NCBI GenBank assembly: GCA_963695855.1
Contig: CAVOHZ010000005.1
Span: 1 to 42,287, forward strand
Length of the DNA: 42,287 nucleotides
Reading direction: 5' to 3'
Origin: an uncultured Nitrososphaerales archaeon
GTDB taxonomy: Archaea > Thermoproteota > Nitrososphaeria > Nitrososphaerales > Nitrososphaeraceae
Shown: piece after piece, positions 11,583 to 22,364 of the stretch
Layout: the number at the start of each line of letters is the position of its first letter
Numbering within the stretch: the stretch's first letter is position 1
Notes under the pieces: model-generated
Seen by the model: only the letters and a program-made list of their open reading frames with translations
Database searches by the model: none
What the model was told of the DNA's origin: nothing
Made by a program: the position numbers and the translations under genes

Positions 11583-12443
11583 CTATCGCGCAACTCCTTT
11601 TGTTGCGTTTAGGATTAATTGCGCAACCTCATTTGGATGCGATACAGGTGATGCATGACTAGACGGAAGTGAGATAGTAGTAGCATTCATCTGTTTTGCG
11701 AACATATGTTCGCGAGCAGGAGGGATAACGTGGTCGTTCTCAGACACCTGATACCATGTTGGGAGTTGCTTCCATGCAGGAGGGCCAGATTTTTCGTTTA
11801 CTATGCCTGATACATTAGCTGGTTTCTGGACAACAGCCAGAACCTTAGCCAGAGACTGATCAACATCTTGAACAAAAAAATCATGGAATATAGCTGGGTT
11901 TATGTATGCGAATCCTGCCTTATCGAAGATCAAGAGAGGCTTTCCTTCAAACTCTTTCGGAAAAGGTCCGTGTTGTTGGCCCTCGCTAGGGGCATGAGCA
12001 GCAACGTAAACAAGGCCTTTAACGTTGGGTTCATTATAACCAGCATTCGTGATTACAAATCCACCATATGAGTGGGCTACAAGAATCACCGGTCCGCCGA
12101 CGAAGTCAATTGCACGCTTTACAGTAGCAATGTCATCTGCTAGAGAATGGAGCGGAAGTTGTACAGCTATGACTTTATGTCCTGCGTTCTGTAGAATGGG
12201 AATTACTTTGCTCCATGAAGATCCATCAACCCATAGCCCATGGACTAGAATAATATTCACATTTGTGGCATTTGTTGTTGCCATGCTCTGTGATGTTCCT
12301 TGGGGCTGCATTGATGCATTATTCTGCTGCGCGTTAGCCAACCCAGGCTGTACTCCAGTTAATGTAATACTTGCAATAACTGTCATGGTCACATAAAATA
12401 AACATAAAATTTTTGCTTCTGATATATGTTCTTTCATTCCCAT
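11583..12443 (-). CDS. Secreted alpha/beta hydrolase (Abhydrolase_6)
   Basis: LVHGLWVDGSSW, AHSYGG, ENDHVIPP and SSHAS motifs, plus a signal peptide. Confidence 0.9.
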   Translation of the reverse strand: MGMKEHISEAKILCLFYVTMTVIASITLTGVQPGLANAQQNNASMQPQGTSQSMATTNATNVNIILVHGLWVDGSSWSKVIPILQNAGHKVIAVQLPLHSLADDIATVKRAIDFVGGPVILVAHSYGGFVITNAGYNEPNVKGLVYVAAHAPSEGQQHGPFPKEFEGKPLLIFDKAGFAYINPAIFHDFFVQDVDQSLAKVLAVVQKPANVSGIVNEKSGPPAWKQLPTWYQVSENDHVIPPAREHMFAKQMNATTISLPSSHASPVSHPNEVAQLILNATKGVAR

Positions 12444-13099
12444 ATTAATTGAAAATAAAGGTCTTATATAAGCATTTTAGGAAGTCGGCTATACAAAATG
12501 AACTATAGCAGACAATTTCGATTAGCAATATATAATTAGGGTCACAACCGGAATTCAACAGCAATAGTTGTTTTATTTCATCCTAATTAACTGCGGCCAT
12601 GCTGTCTTTTATTGGTTAACGTAATTAACATCTACGTTTGCTGGTATTGTTGTTTGATGAATTGATCACCAAATATAATATATCTTACTAGTGCGATAGA
12701 TAATATTATCTTAATAATTGAGATATGCAGTTATGCAGTTATGATTTAGATACAATGCATGGTACCGTAACTTGTGTTTGCCTTATCTACTATAATAGAA
12801 TTCAGGTAATTTAATTTGTGAAATTGAAATATTTTCTAAAATTCCAGGAATACTAGATGAATAAAGTAATTCATGTATTTTTAAAATTTATAGGTCTTAC
12901 CTATTTAATTATTTATTGAGGTTACATATTTTTCCTTTAATATCTATGAGTTATATGATACTAATTAAAAATCGTTTTAGAACAGAAAAAGGAAAAAGAT
13001 ACAGTATTAAAAGGAAAATGATCTGATATTTCATTAGTTAATTTTAATGCTATTCAGCTATCAGTAATATTTGGAGTTTCAATGCCATAAACATTCAAA

Positions 13100-13504
13100 T
13101 TCTTCAATTGGCAAATCTAATTCCTTTTATAAGTTATCTATATCAATAACATAAATATTTCCTGCATTATCAGCTGCTACATGCCTTCATGAGAAGATAA
13201 TATATTGTCTAATTTTACCATTCTACCATTCTTTAACAAATGTACCATTAGTCGTAAACTTTTGTATTATCTCATTTTCAGTATCAAGAACATAAACATT
13301 TCCTGCACTATCAGCCGCTATACCTGTAGGATTTGAAAGGGTTGCAAAGATTTGATTATCTGTTCTAATTGATTTATCATATTGATAAATATATTCTATT
13401 TGTGGATTTAAAAAATAAAAAATCATTAAAGTAATCGATCCTATTAATATTATTGATAAAACAGCTAAAGATATTTTTTTACTAGTTGTTTTGTTTTTTT
13501 TCAA
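13100..13504 (-). pseudogene. Membrane-anchored NHL-repeat protein remnant
   Basis: NPTGIAADSAGNVYVLDTENEIIQKF followed by a stop; a second repeat VAADNAGNIYVID lies beyond the stop at about 13140-13180. Confidence 0.75.
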
Positions 13505-13748
13505 TTAATAATCATCTATTGAATTAGTTACAGTAACTAAAATATATATAAACATTGATTCAGAACACTTGGATAAGTATTCAGATATTCCATTTTACTT
13601 TTCTCTCTTTGATATGACTGATTTAATATTGATGATAATATATTAAATTAGTAGCAATAAAAAAGATATATTCAAAAAATGATTATTAGAGTAATAAAAT
13701 TATAAAAAGTAGAACATTCGAATCTCTATTTTATGGTTTAAACTACAT

Positions 13749-13784
13749 TAACTGGTCCCACTTTATCAAAGGGTCAAATCTCAC
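13749..13784 (+). repeat. Dispersed att-like site F (inverted partner of site D)
   Basis: taactggtcccactttatcaaagggtcaaatctcac matches the reverse complement of 7455-7491 at 33/37 with one gap. Confidence 0.85.
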
Positions 13785-13899
13785 ACATTTAGCTTAAAAA
13801 TAATACTGAACCTTTCTATGCTTTTGCTGCTCTTACTCAATATAATGAGAATTATTTAAGTAATATATTCTACTTCCTTATAGAATCCATCTAGTTCAC

Positions 13900-14002
13900 G
13901 GCCGTGTTAAGTTAAGGAAAATAGACGGATAGAATTGAAAAAATATTGTATAATAGAATTATATAATACGACTATTACTTTACTCCTTAAGTTAACGGGG
14001 CC
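13900..14002. mobile_element. 103-bp MITE with IS6-like terminal inverted repeats
   Basis: Left ggccgtgttaagttaagga versus reverse-complemented right ggccccgttaacttaagga (16/19). Both resemble the ends of the IS6 remnant at 14457-15182; no TSD seen. Confidence 0.6.
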
Positions 14003-14456
14003 CAATTATTACTCTTTTTCAAGATACTTAAATCATAATTTCAAAATTTTTTCTATTAGTATATTATTATCTAATCTCGTTAAGCATTAAACTTTTCATT
14101 ATAGCTAATTTGCTAATTTTTAGCGAATTACAGATCAGTTAGTTCTATCGGATCAAACTTTTAATTATATAATAAATATTAGAATAAGTCGGTGAGTTCA
14201 TTAACTTAGACTTGATACAACCCACAAGTCCAGATCCCAGATAAGGAATGTCCTCAGTTTTCAGTCCTATTTCTGTAGGCTCAGCCTGAAAACTTCGAAG
14301 AGATCATTATATGAAGTTGCTATGATCTGACAAGACTAGGAATGACTAACTATTTCCATTCCCACAATTTTTCAGAAAACTTACCTTCAGAATCAACTCT
14401 ATTTCCAATAACCCGATCAAATTATCAAGAAATGACAGGCTACCGACTGATTTAGT

Positions 14457-15182
14457 GGCTCTGTTCAGATAAGCAGCAAAAGCTATAGCTGAGAATGTTT
14501 CAAATATACCATTAAAATTAAATTTGAAAGAAATAAAACATCTTCTTTTATTGTAATGTACTCTCTTTATCTGTATTTTCTTGGTCTCAGTCTACGAAAT
14601 ACGTCTAAGGCATCAACTATATTTAGAGATGAGAAAAGAAGTTATGTTTCTATTTGGAATTGCATTCAGAGATTTGGATCCTGTCAGATCTATAAACGAA
14701 AAAGAGTAACTGCTTTTATTATTATAGATGAGACCGTTGTTCAGATTGGTAACCCGCATTTCTGGTTATGGATTTGTATTGAACCTGTTCATAAATCTAT
14801 ACTCGGGATCTATATTCAGAACAGAGAAGCATGTTTGTAGCAGAAAATGTTATCAGATTGCTTGTTCCAAGGTATGGAAAACATACAGTATACACTAATG
14901 ATGGTGGTACGTGGTGATATCCACAAGCATGCAACTTTTTAAATCTAAAACATAGACTGCATTCTCCTTTACAGAAAAGTCTGATTGAAAGAGTAATGCA
15001 GTATTTCAAGGATAGGACAGAATGTTTTGATGATTACTATCCTTGCACGCAAGAGGAATGTAATCTATTTCATGTACATAATTGGGTACAATTCTTTGTT
15101 TCAATGTATAATGATACTATAGCAAATAATAAGAATTATTTTTGGTTAAAGGAGGTGAATATTAACTTAAATTAATACAGCC
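14457..15182 (+). mobile_element. IS6-family element, transposase inactivated by frameshifts and stops
   Basis: [22 protein letters not shown] and ERVMQYFKDRTECFDDYYPC fragments; imperfect TIRs ggctctgttcagataag / cttaaattaatacagcc. Confidence 0.85.
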
Positions 15183-15497
15183 TGAGAAAGTAGAAAAGAA
15201 AATATTCTAGCAATAATTAAATGAATTTTTTCAACTAAATAGTATTTGCTAAAAAAAATTTTTATATTTTAGACAAAAGTCAATTTGATTTATTTTGGTA
15301 TAGAAAAAGGAAGAAATAGTAGTGATATTGAAAGATGGTAGTAGAAGAAGTTAAAAAACTACTTCCTTTAATATTATTACCATTTCGATTATATGGACTA
15401 GGTTATGGTTGAATATGGTTGAATTTTTCAATTCCCAAACCACTGAATAATTATTTATATGATAGAGACCTAGGCTTTTACAAATTATTGTAAAGAA

Positions 15498-15875
15498 TTA
15501 GAGTTTGTCATGATATAAAAAAGATTTTAATACACTTTCATTCACGGTATCAATTAAGTTAGATATCGATACACGTTTTTTGAGCATATTAAATTTATAA
15601 TTACATTTCAATTCAGCAAAATCAGACATTATGATTACATTTAGTTTTGGATTTATTTCTAAGAGTTTGGTTCCCATAAATAACCCATTTGCATTGGGCA
15701 TTTTATCATCAATAATTAATAATGCATATTTATCTGAATTTTCCTTTATATGTTCATATGCCAAAAGCGGATCAATGAAACTAGAAACATCGTAGCCACT
15801 TATCTTTAAAGCCTCGCTAAATATATTTAATAAATCTGGATCCTCATCGATTATGGCTATGGATTTAGTAATCAT
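15498..15875 (-). CDS. Stand-alone response regulator receiver domain
   Basis: IIDED acidic pocket, IIDDKMP phospho-Asp, MS and K positions. Confidence 0.88.
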   Translation of the reverse strand: MITKSIAIIDEDPDLLNIFSEALKISGYDVSSFIDPLLAYEHIKENSDKYALLIIDDKMPNANGLFMGTKLLEINPKLNVIIMSDFAELKCNYKFNMLKKRVSISNLIDTVNESVLKSFLYHDKL

Positions 15876-16146
15876 AATAATATAGATTAAATGTAAGAAA
15901 TCTATTTAAGTATGATTTGTATTCCCTTTTTTGAAAATTTTGTTGCTTATATATACTTTTAATCGATCAATCAAACGAAAGAATCTAGGTAGGTCATCAT
16001 TGTTGTTGTCATAGTCTGGAGGAATAATTATAATTTTCTTCCAACCAAATTCTGTTTGTCTGTTTCTACTACGTTAGTTCAAGCTATGAAAATTGTCTAA
16101 TTAAATTCTCTTCAAGTATTAAATAAAATATGAAGTAGTAAATTCT

Positions 16147-16833
16147 ATGAATTCTAATAATAATATTGAATGGAATGATGTTATTAAAAAGGAAGCAAGA
16201 GGTATTAATGATGAGGATTTAGGTGAAGTAGAAGAAGTTCAAGGTAACTATATACTTGTACAAAAAGGAATGATTAACAGAGAAAAGTTTTACATTCCAA
16301 AAGATCAAGCCGAAAGTTATGATGGAGCTGTATTAAGATTTAGATTTTCTGAGCAGGATTTAAGTCAATTTCAGCGTGAACCACCAACTATATATGATGA
16401 GAACAGTATGCAAGAACAAGAAACAAGTCAGGCTACAAAAACTGAAACTGATCAAGAAGAAAATATACCATTAACAGAAGAAAGATTAGATGTCTCTCAA
16501 AGGATAGAAGAAAATCAAGCAACAATTACTAAAAAACCAAGCGAAGAAACTAAAACAGTAGAAGTTCCTTTAACACAAGAAGAAGTAGGTATTGAGAGAC
16601 CTACAAGTAGCGATGATGGTCGTGGTAGTAATGAAACGGAAGCACAAAGTCCTCTTATACAATCACTTCAAGAAATAAAAATACCATTAAAGAGAGAGGA
16701 AGCCAAAGTTACAAAAAAACCATATGTTAAAGAAGTTGCAGCAGTAAAAAAGAAGGCTAAAACAAAGAAAAAAAAAGTAACTAAAGATGTAACATCCGAA
16801 GACCTAGATACATCAAATATAGCTAAAAAATAA
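16147..16833 (+). CDS. PRC-barrel-like plus DUF2382 (YsnF/AvaK) domain protein
   Basis: DEDLGEVEEV...KFYIPK N-domain; IPLTEERLDV, VEVPLTQEEV and IPLKREEAKVTKKPYVKE motifs. Confidence 0.85.
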   Translation: MNSNNNIEWNDVIKKEARGINDEDLGEVEEVQGNYILVQKGMINREKFYIPKDQAESYDGAVLRFRFSEQDLSQFQREPPTIYDENSMQEQETSQATKTETDQEENIPLTEERLDVSQRIEENQATITKKPSEETKTVEVPLTQEEVGIERPTSSDDGRGSNETEAQSPLIQSLQEIKIPLKREEAKVTKKPYVKEVAAVKKKAKTKKKKVTKDVTSEDLDTSNIAKK

Positions 16834-16856
16834 TAAGCCAAATAAAATTTTCTATT

Positions 16857-17414
16857 TCATTTATTCAATTTTCTAGTCCAATTTACAAGATTTTGAAGTA
16901 ATTGTCTTACAAACATTTGAGTATTTTCATCGACTAAATTTCCATTTGCATCAAATTTATTCTGGGCAAAGGGTACTATGACTTCTGGTCCGTTAATAGG
17001 ATACATATTTAGATATACAAATATCTGTCTAAGATGATACTGAGCCCTAGCACCTCCTAACATACCAACAGAAGCACTCATTATAGCAACTGGTTTTTCA
17101 TTAAATGGATTATCTCCATATGGCCGTGTGGCACAATCAATTGCGTTTTTTAGAACACCTGGTACTGAATAGTTATATTCTGGAGTTGCAATTAGAATCG
17201 CATCTGCTTCTCTTATTTTTGATTTAAACTCTTTTACCTTCTCTGGCATATTATTCTCAGTATCTTGATTAAATGCAGGAATACCACCAATATCAAATAT
17301 TTCTAGATTTGCATCCTCTGGAATTAAATTTGCTGCCGCACGTAGAAGAGATTTATTATAAGAATGTACTCTGAGACTGCCTGCAAAACCAAGAATTTTT
17401 AACTTCTTATCCAT
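16857..17414 (-). CDS. NADPH-dependent FMN reductase (ChrR/SsuE family)
   Basis: GSLRVHSYN, TPEYNYSVPGVLKNAID and GGARAQYHLRQ motifs. Confidence 0.95.
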   Translation of the reverse strand: MDKKLKILGFAGSLRVHSYNKSLLRAAANLIPEDANLEIFDIGGIPAFNQDTENNMPEKVKEFKSKIREADAILIATPEYNYSVPGVLKNAIDCATRPYGDNPFNEKPVAIMSASVGMLGGARAQYHLRQIFVYLNMYPINGPEVIVPFAQNKFDANGNLVDENTQMFVRQLLQNLVNWTRKLNK

Positions 17415-17496
17415 ATCTTTAAAATTAATACACCTTGTTTTTAGGTTTTTAAAGTCTATTTTATGATGTAATTCTCAATATAACTGACGTAGAGTA

Positions 17497-17520
17497 GTCG
17501 AGTCCCACTGCCGGCGCTCA
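17497..17520 (+). other. Degenerate tRNA 3'-end-like fragment (possible att scar)
   Basis: GC-rich gtcgagtcccactgccggcg in AT-rich intergenic DNA resembles TCGAGTCCC plus an acceptor strand. Confidence 0.35.
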
Positions 17521-17876
17521 ACTCGTGCAGTCATACAAGAAGATATTTGATTTAAAGATTGTAAGTCGAGTATATTATATTTTAAATATATAAATTTATA
17601 AAATAGAATTGATATATTTAATTACTTTAGCGGATTACAAACATGACTGATTCATCCATTCTGTCTGTCATCTTAATAGATTATCTCTCCGCAGTAGAAA
17701 GGATAAAATAAATTATTCACTTTCTTCGTTCAGGGATTGGATTACAACTTGCCAATACGAAGTCGGTAAATGTAACTGCGATAAAGTGGTTTATCTTTAT
17801 TGATAAAAGGAAATATTTACAGGTATATTGATCTAAATAAATAAATCAAATAACTAATCTTTCTTGTAATAATCTG

Positions 17877-18527
17877 TTACTCTAGCGATATTTTGTTATA
17901 AACCCTATTATTATCTAATTTAATTTTACCATTTGGATACTTTATTGTAGGTATTTTAACGAGTATATATCGTTGGTCAAATTTTATAGATACTGTGGAA
18001 GAACAAATGATCAATGGTATAAATATTTGACTATTAGAATTTACTAAATCTAAAGCTATATTCAATATATCAGAATAAGTTAAACAGAATTCATTTGGTT
18101 CAAATCCACGACACCAAGCATTAAGATCATGCATTATTGATGCTGTATAATATCGCCTTGCAGCTTCTCCTGTGGCAATATCATGGTTAACGTTGTTGTG
18201 TAAATAATCCCACCATTCTGTAAAACCATAAATATAATCGACTGAAGATTCTTTTGATAAATATTCCCAAAATTCATTTAGTCTTTCAGAAGAGCCTTCC
18301 CATGTATTATTTTCTATCACATAGCTTACAAGTACTGCAGAATTTATTGCACCAATAGATGTACCAGCGACAATGTCTACAATTGGTTTATTTTTAAATC
18401 CTCTTTCCTTATCACTTTTGGTGACCATTTCATGTAATGCCTGATACACCCCTGCTTCATACGCTCCAAGCGAACCGCCACCTTGTAGGATTAATACTCT
18501 TTGGAAGTTCGGTACCCTTTCTTGCAT
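17877..18527 (-). pseudogene. Patatin-like phospholipase, N-terminal part only
   Basis: QGGGSLGAYEAG and GTSIG are present and the DGG motif is absent; sequence after ARRYY (about 18145) looks unrelated. Confidence 0.8.
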
Positions 18528-18935
18528 ATGATATAAACATGTCCGGAGAGATCCTATTATATTTGACCTTCCAATTAGAATAACATTTTCTTTCAGATTA
18601 TGCCTGGTAGGTTAACAATTATGTAAGTGCAGAGATTGACAATTATAGTAAACTACCATTTGTCTATTTAAAAATTATTTCTGATAGATAGAGCTTTAGG
18701 TGAGTGTATAATACAATGATAAATATGGTAGAAGGATAAATGACATCTTACAGATAGGAGTAACGAATATGATTACACAACTGTTAACAAAGCAACTGCT
18801 AAGGCTCAAACCAAAATTAGTCGAGCGTGATTCATACATCAAGAATAATCAGTTATTGACGATTTTAGAGTAGCGGAACTAAATATAAAATAGGGACTAT
18901 TTGAATTAGATTAACTTACTTCTTCCATATCTAAT

Positions 18936-19616
18936 TTAAATAGAAATAGAAAAATTATTTGATATCCATTTTCTGGCAACAAATATATCTTCCTGAATTA
19001 AATTGTGACTTGATTGCTGCCACTTTAATACAATATTTGCATTAGCTTTTTGAAATAGAGTATAAAGATTTTCTGTTTCAACTCTAGAGACTATAGGATC
19101 ATTTACTCCTGCGGCTAATAGTACTTTTTTGCCTGAAAGGTCTGGTAAAGGATTAGGAATTAAGGGAACCATTGCTCTGAAAAGAATTGCACCTTGAAAT
19201 ACGTCTGGATGCAGAAGTAGTATACTGGTAGCAATATTAGCTCCATTTGAAAATCCTACTGCTATTGTATGTTTTAAATCAAACTTATAATGTAAAGAAC
19301 ATTTTTTAATGAAATCAGCAAGCTCATGAGTTCTAAATTTAAGATCTTCTATATCAAATACTCCTTCAGCCAGTCTTCTAAAGAAGCGAGGCATACCATT
19401 TTCCAATACTTTTCCTCTGGAACTTAATATTGATGCATTAGGTTCAATTTCCTTTCCAAGGAAAATAAGATCTTCTTCATTTCCACCTGTTCCATGTAAT
19501 AGTACGAGTGTTAAATTACTATTTATTTCATCATATTCTCTTTTGTTATTGGAAGTATTAGTAGAAGAAGATTTAATAAATATATGATGAAATCCAAAAT
19601 CATTCGATTTAATCAT
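18936..19616 (-). CDS. Phospholipase/carboxylesterase (MhqD-like alpha/beta hydrolase)
   Basis: LLHGTGGNE, GKVLENGMPRFFRR, GFSNGAN, DPIV and SHNL motifs; lies downstream of a ring-cleaving dioxygenase as in Bacillus mhqED. Confidence 0.92.
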   Translation of the reverse strand: MIKSNDFGFHHIFIKSSSTNTSNNKREYDEINSNLTLVLLHGTGGNEEDLIFLGKEIEPNASILSSRGKVLENGMPRFFRRLAEGVFDIEDLKFRTHELADFIKKCSLHYKFDLKHTIAVGFSNGANIATSILLLHPDVFQGAILFRAMVPLIPNPLPDLSGKKVLLAAGVNDPIVSRVETENLYTLFQKANANIVLKWQQSSHNLIQEDIFVARKWISNNFSISI

Positions 19617-19642
19617 TTTCTTGTTGCTCCTGTTTATTCTCT

Positions 19643-20635
19643 TTATTTTGATTTATCTTTATTATCATAGTGAGGTAATTCTATCTTTGTTAATACCCTT
19701 TCTAATCTTCCTCTCATGGGTTCAAGCCATTGTGGTAACATCAGTATTTTTCCTAAATCTTGTACTTTTTGATCTACTGTAAATCCTGGTGGATCTGTAG
19801 CAATTTCAAATAAAACTCCTCCAGGTTCTCTAAAATATACTGAATGAAAGTATGTTCTATCAATTACTGGCGTCGGATTTAGTCCTATTTTTATAATATT
19901 TTTTCTAATTGATATTTGAGATTCATCCGATGATGTTCTAAAAGCTATATGATGAACTGTTCCTATTCCAATTCTTCCATAAGGAGTATAAGGCAAACAG
20001 AGAACATCTAATATTTTTGCACCAGTATTAGATTGTGAATCTTCTATTTGAAAACGAAAACGGTTACCTTCATTTTCTATCATTTTGTATCCCATATCTT
20101 TTAATATTTCTGAAGTACGCTCATATCCTTCTTCTGATAAACTTACAGAATAAAATCCCCTTATACCGTTTTCATATGATATTGGACCATCTTTCCAAAA
20201 TCTTTCATCATTTTCCTTTGCTGATGAATGAGCGACTAATTCTAGTTCGAGACCATCAGGATCATAGAGTTTTATTACTTGCTCTTCCTTGTCAAAACGT
20301 TTTGTAGGTCCTTCAAAACCAATATCATTATTTTTTAGACGATCTTTCCAAAAATCAACAGAGTTTGGAGGTATTAAAAAAGATGTTGTTATAGCTTGAC
20401 CTGTTCCTCTATAACCTTTTGGAGAATCAGGCCAAGGAAAGAAAGTAAGAATTGTTCCAGGATGCCCTATTTCATCTCCATAATATATATGGTATGTTGT
20501 TGGATCATCAAAATTAACGGTTAATTTGACCAATCGTAATCCTAATAACTTTGTATAAAAATCAATATTTTTTTGTGGATCGCTACAAATTGCAGTAACA
20601 TGATGAATTCCTAATACATTATTTGTACTATTCAT
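19643..20635 (-). CDS. Ring-cleaving dioxygenase / glyoxalase (MhqA/MhqE/MhqO family)
   Basis: GIHHVTAI, TVNFDDPTTYH, GTVHHIAFR and DRTYFHSVYFREPGGVLFEIATD motifs. Confidence 0.95.
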   Translation of the reverse strand: MNSTNNVLGIHHVTAICSDPQKNIDFYTKLLGLRLVKLTVNFDDPTTYHIYYGDEIGHPGTILTFFPWPDSPKGYRGTGQAITTSFLIPPNSVDFWKDRLKNNDIGFEGPTKRFDKEEQVIKLYDPDGLELELVAHSSAKENDERFWKDGPISYENGIRGFYSVSLSEEGYERTSEILKDMGYKMIENEGNRFRFQIEDSQSNTGAKILDVLCLPYTPYGRIGIGTVHHIAFRTSSDESQISIRKNIIKIGLNPTPVIDRTYFHSVYFREPGGVLFEIATDPPGFTVDQKVQDLGKILMLPQWLEPMRGRLERVLTKIELPHYDNKDKSK

Positions 20636-20659
20636 CTAATTCTTCTTATACCTCTTTTT

Positions 20660-22312
20660 TTATAAAGACTCTGCTATAAAGTGGGAAACCATAGGTGGAT
20701 TCTTATCATTATGGAAAGATCGAACTTTATCTTCTATTTCTCTATCAGCTACAGTAAATCTTTCATGCTGTCGAAGATGTTCTTCCCAAGATTCTAATAT
20801 AAAAGTTTCAATGTACTCACTAGGATTTTCTCCATCATAATACAAGGCCCAATGAATGGCTCCATCTCTTTTTCTAATTCTACTCCATTCTTTCATAATT
20901 GTTTCAAATTCCTTTTTATTTATAGGATCAATTTTATACTTTACTTCTATCATTACAGGTTTTTCTTCTTTTCCAGATTCAAATATAACATTTGGAATTG
21001 ACCAGTGAGCATAAGATGTCCTATCAATTTCACCTTTTTTTATCAACCGATATCTTGTAAAAGATATTAAGCCTATCACTAGACCAACGGCTGATAAAAT
21101 CAATGCAGTACGTACATCAGAATATATTGAAACTTGTCCCCATATGAGACTTCCAACAGCTATTCCACCTTGAAACACTGCTTGATAAGTAGCTAGTAAT
21201 CTCGTACCTACCCAATTAGGACCTGCTTTAAAAGCAGAAAAATTAAAGCTGGATAAAAGAGTAATCCATGCTATTCCACTTCCAATCATTACTAGAAAGA
21301 TTTGAAAGAAATTATCAAGTTGTGAAAGCAAAATCATAGTTATTGCAAATAATATACTTGCAGCCACAACTAGCCGATCAATAGAGATTATTTGTATTAT
21401 TTTTGGAAGCATAATTGTACCACCAATTATAGCTCCTATGCCTAAAGCTCCTAAAAGTAATCCATATTCAGCAGAGCCAAATCCCAAAGTATTTCTTACA
21501 AGAGAAGGCAATAATGCAAATAATGCACTTCCAAAAATTGTAAAGGCTGTAGCACGTATTAGAACAGATTGAACATCAGGAGAATATTTTAGATATCTAA
21601 TTCCAGCTCTGATAGCTCCAGTGATATGTTCAGGAGGTAGAGTAGTATTTTGTTCTTGATGGTCACTACTAGACCATCTTCTTAATACAATAATAATCGA
21701 TATAAAAGTTAGAGAATTAATTAAAAAAACTGCCCAAGGTCCGCTTAAAGCAATTATAAAACCACCAACAGTTGGTCCCACTGCTCTTCCTATATTAATT
21801 GCAACTCCACCAAGAGTAATAGTTGATTGAGATTCTTCTTTAGAGACCATCTCTAAAGAAAGGCGTATCAATAATGGCGTACTTAATGCTGCTCCTAGTC
21901 CTAAGGCAAATGTTAATTGTATTAACAATAACGGAGTAGTCATGTTAAACAATGTAACAATAGCAAGTGCAAATGCTATTGCTAGCATATAGCCTTGACT
22001 AATCATAAGAAGCTTATGACGATTAAGAACATCTCCAAGAGCTCCACCAGGTAACGCCATAACAACAATCGCCAAGCTAGCTGCAGCTGGTATCAAAGCA
22101 ACGAGAAACGCTGAATCAGAAAGGGAAGTCATAAGCCACATAGCTCCAGTATCATGCATTGATGAGCCAATATTTGAAACGACAGTTGCAATCCATAATG
22201 CCCTATAAATGGGGTGATGTATTATGGGTTCCCAACCAGATCTACTTACTTCCTTTTTTTTCTGTTCTTTATTATTATTATTTTCTTTTTGAGAACTTGT
22301 ATCATCTTTCAT
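20660..22312 (-). CDS. MFS transporter (MFS_3/DUF894 type) with C-terminal soluble domain
   Basis: About 12 hydrophobic segments; C-terminal RKRDGAIHW and ESWEEHLRQHER. Confidence 0.92.
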   Translation of the reverse strand: MKDDTSSQKENNNNKEQKKKEVSRSGWEPIIHHPIYRALWIATVVSNIGSSMHDTGAMWLMTSLSDSAFLVALIPAAASLAIVVMALPGGALGDVLNRHKLLMISQGYMLAIAFALAIVTLFNMTTPLLLIQLTFALGLGAALSTPLLIRLSLEMVSKEESQSTITLGGVAINIGRAVGPTVGGFIIALSGPWAVFLINSLTFISIIIVLRRWSSSDHQEQNTTLPPEHITGAIRAGIRYLKYSPDVQSVLIRATAFTIFGSALFALLPSLVRNTLGFGSAEYGLLLGALGIGAIIGGTIMLPKIIQIISIDRLVVAASILFAITMILLSQLDNFFQIFLVMIGSGIAWITLLSSFNFSAFKAGPNWVGTRLLATYQAVFQGGIAVGSLIWGQVSIYSDVRTALILSAVGLVIGLISFTRYRLIKKGEIDRTSYAHWSIPNVIFESGKEEKPVMIEVKYKIDPINKKEFETIMKEWSRIRKRDGAIHWALYYDGENPSEYIETFILESWEEHLRQHERFTVADREIEDKVRSFHNDKNPPMVSHFIAESL

Positions 22313-22364
22313 AAAGAATTGTTACCTTGTTTGTTATTCGTTCTATGGTTTGAAATTGCTACTT

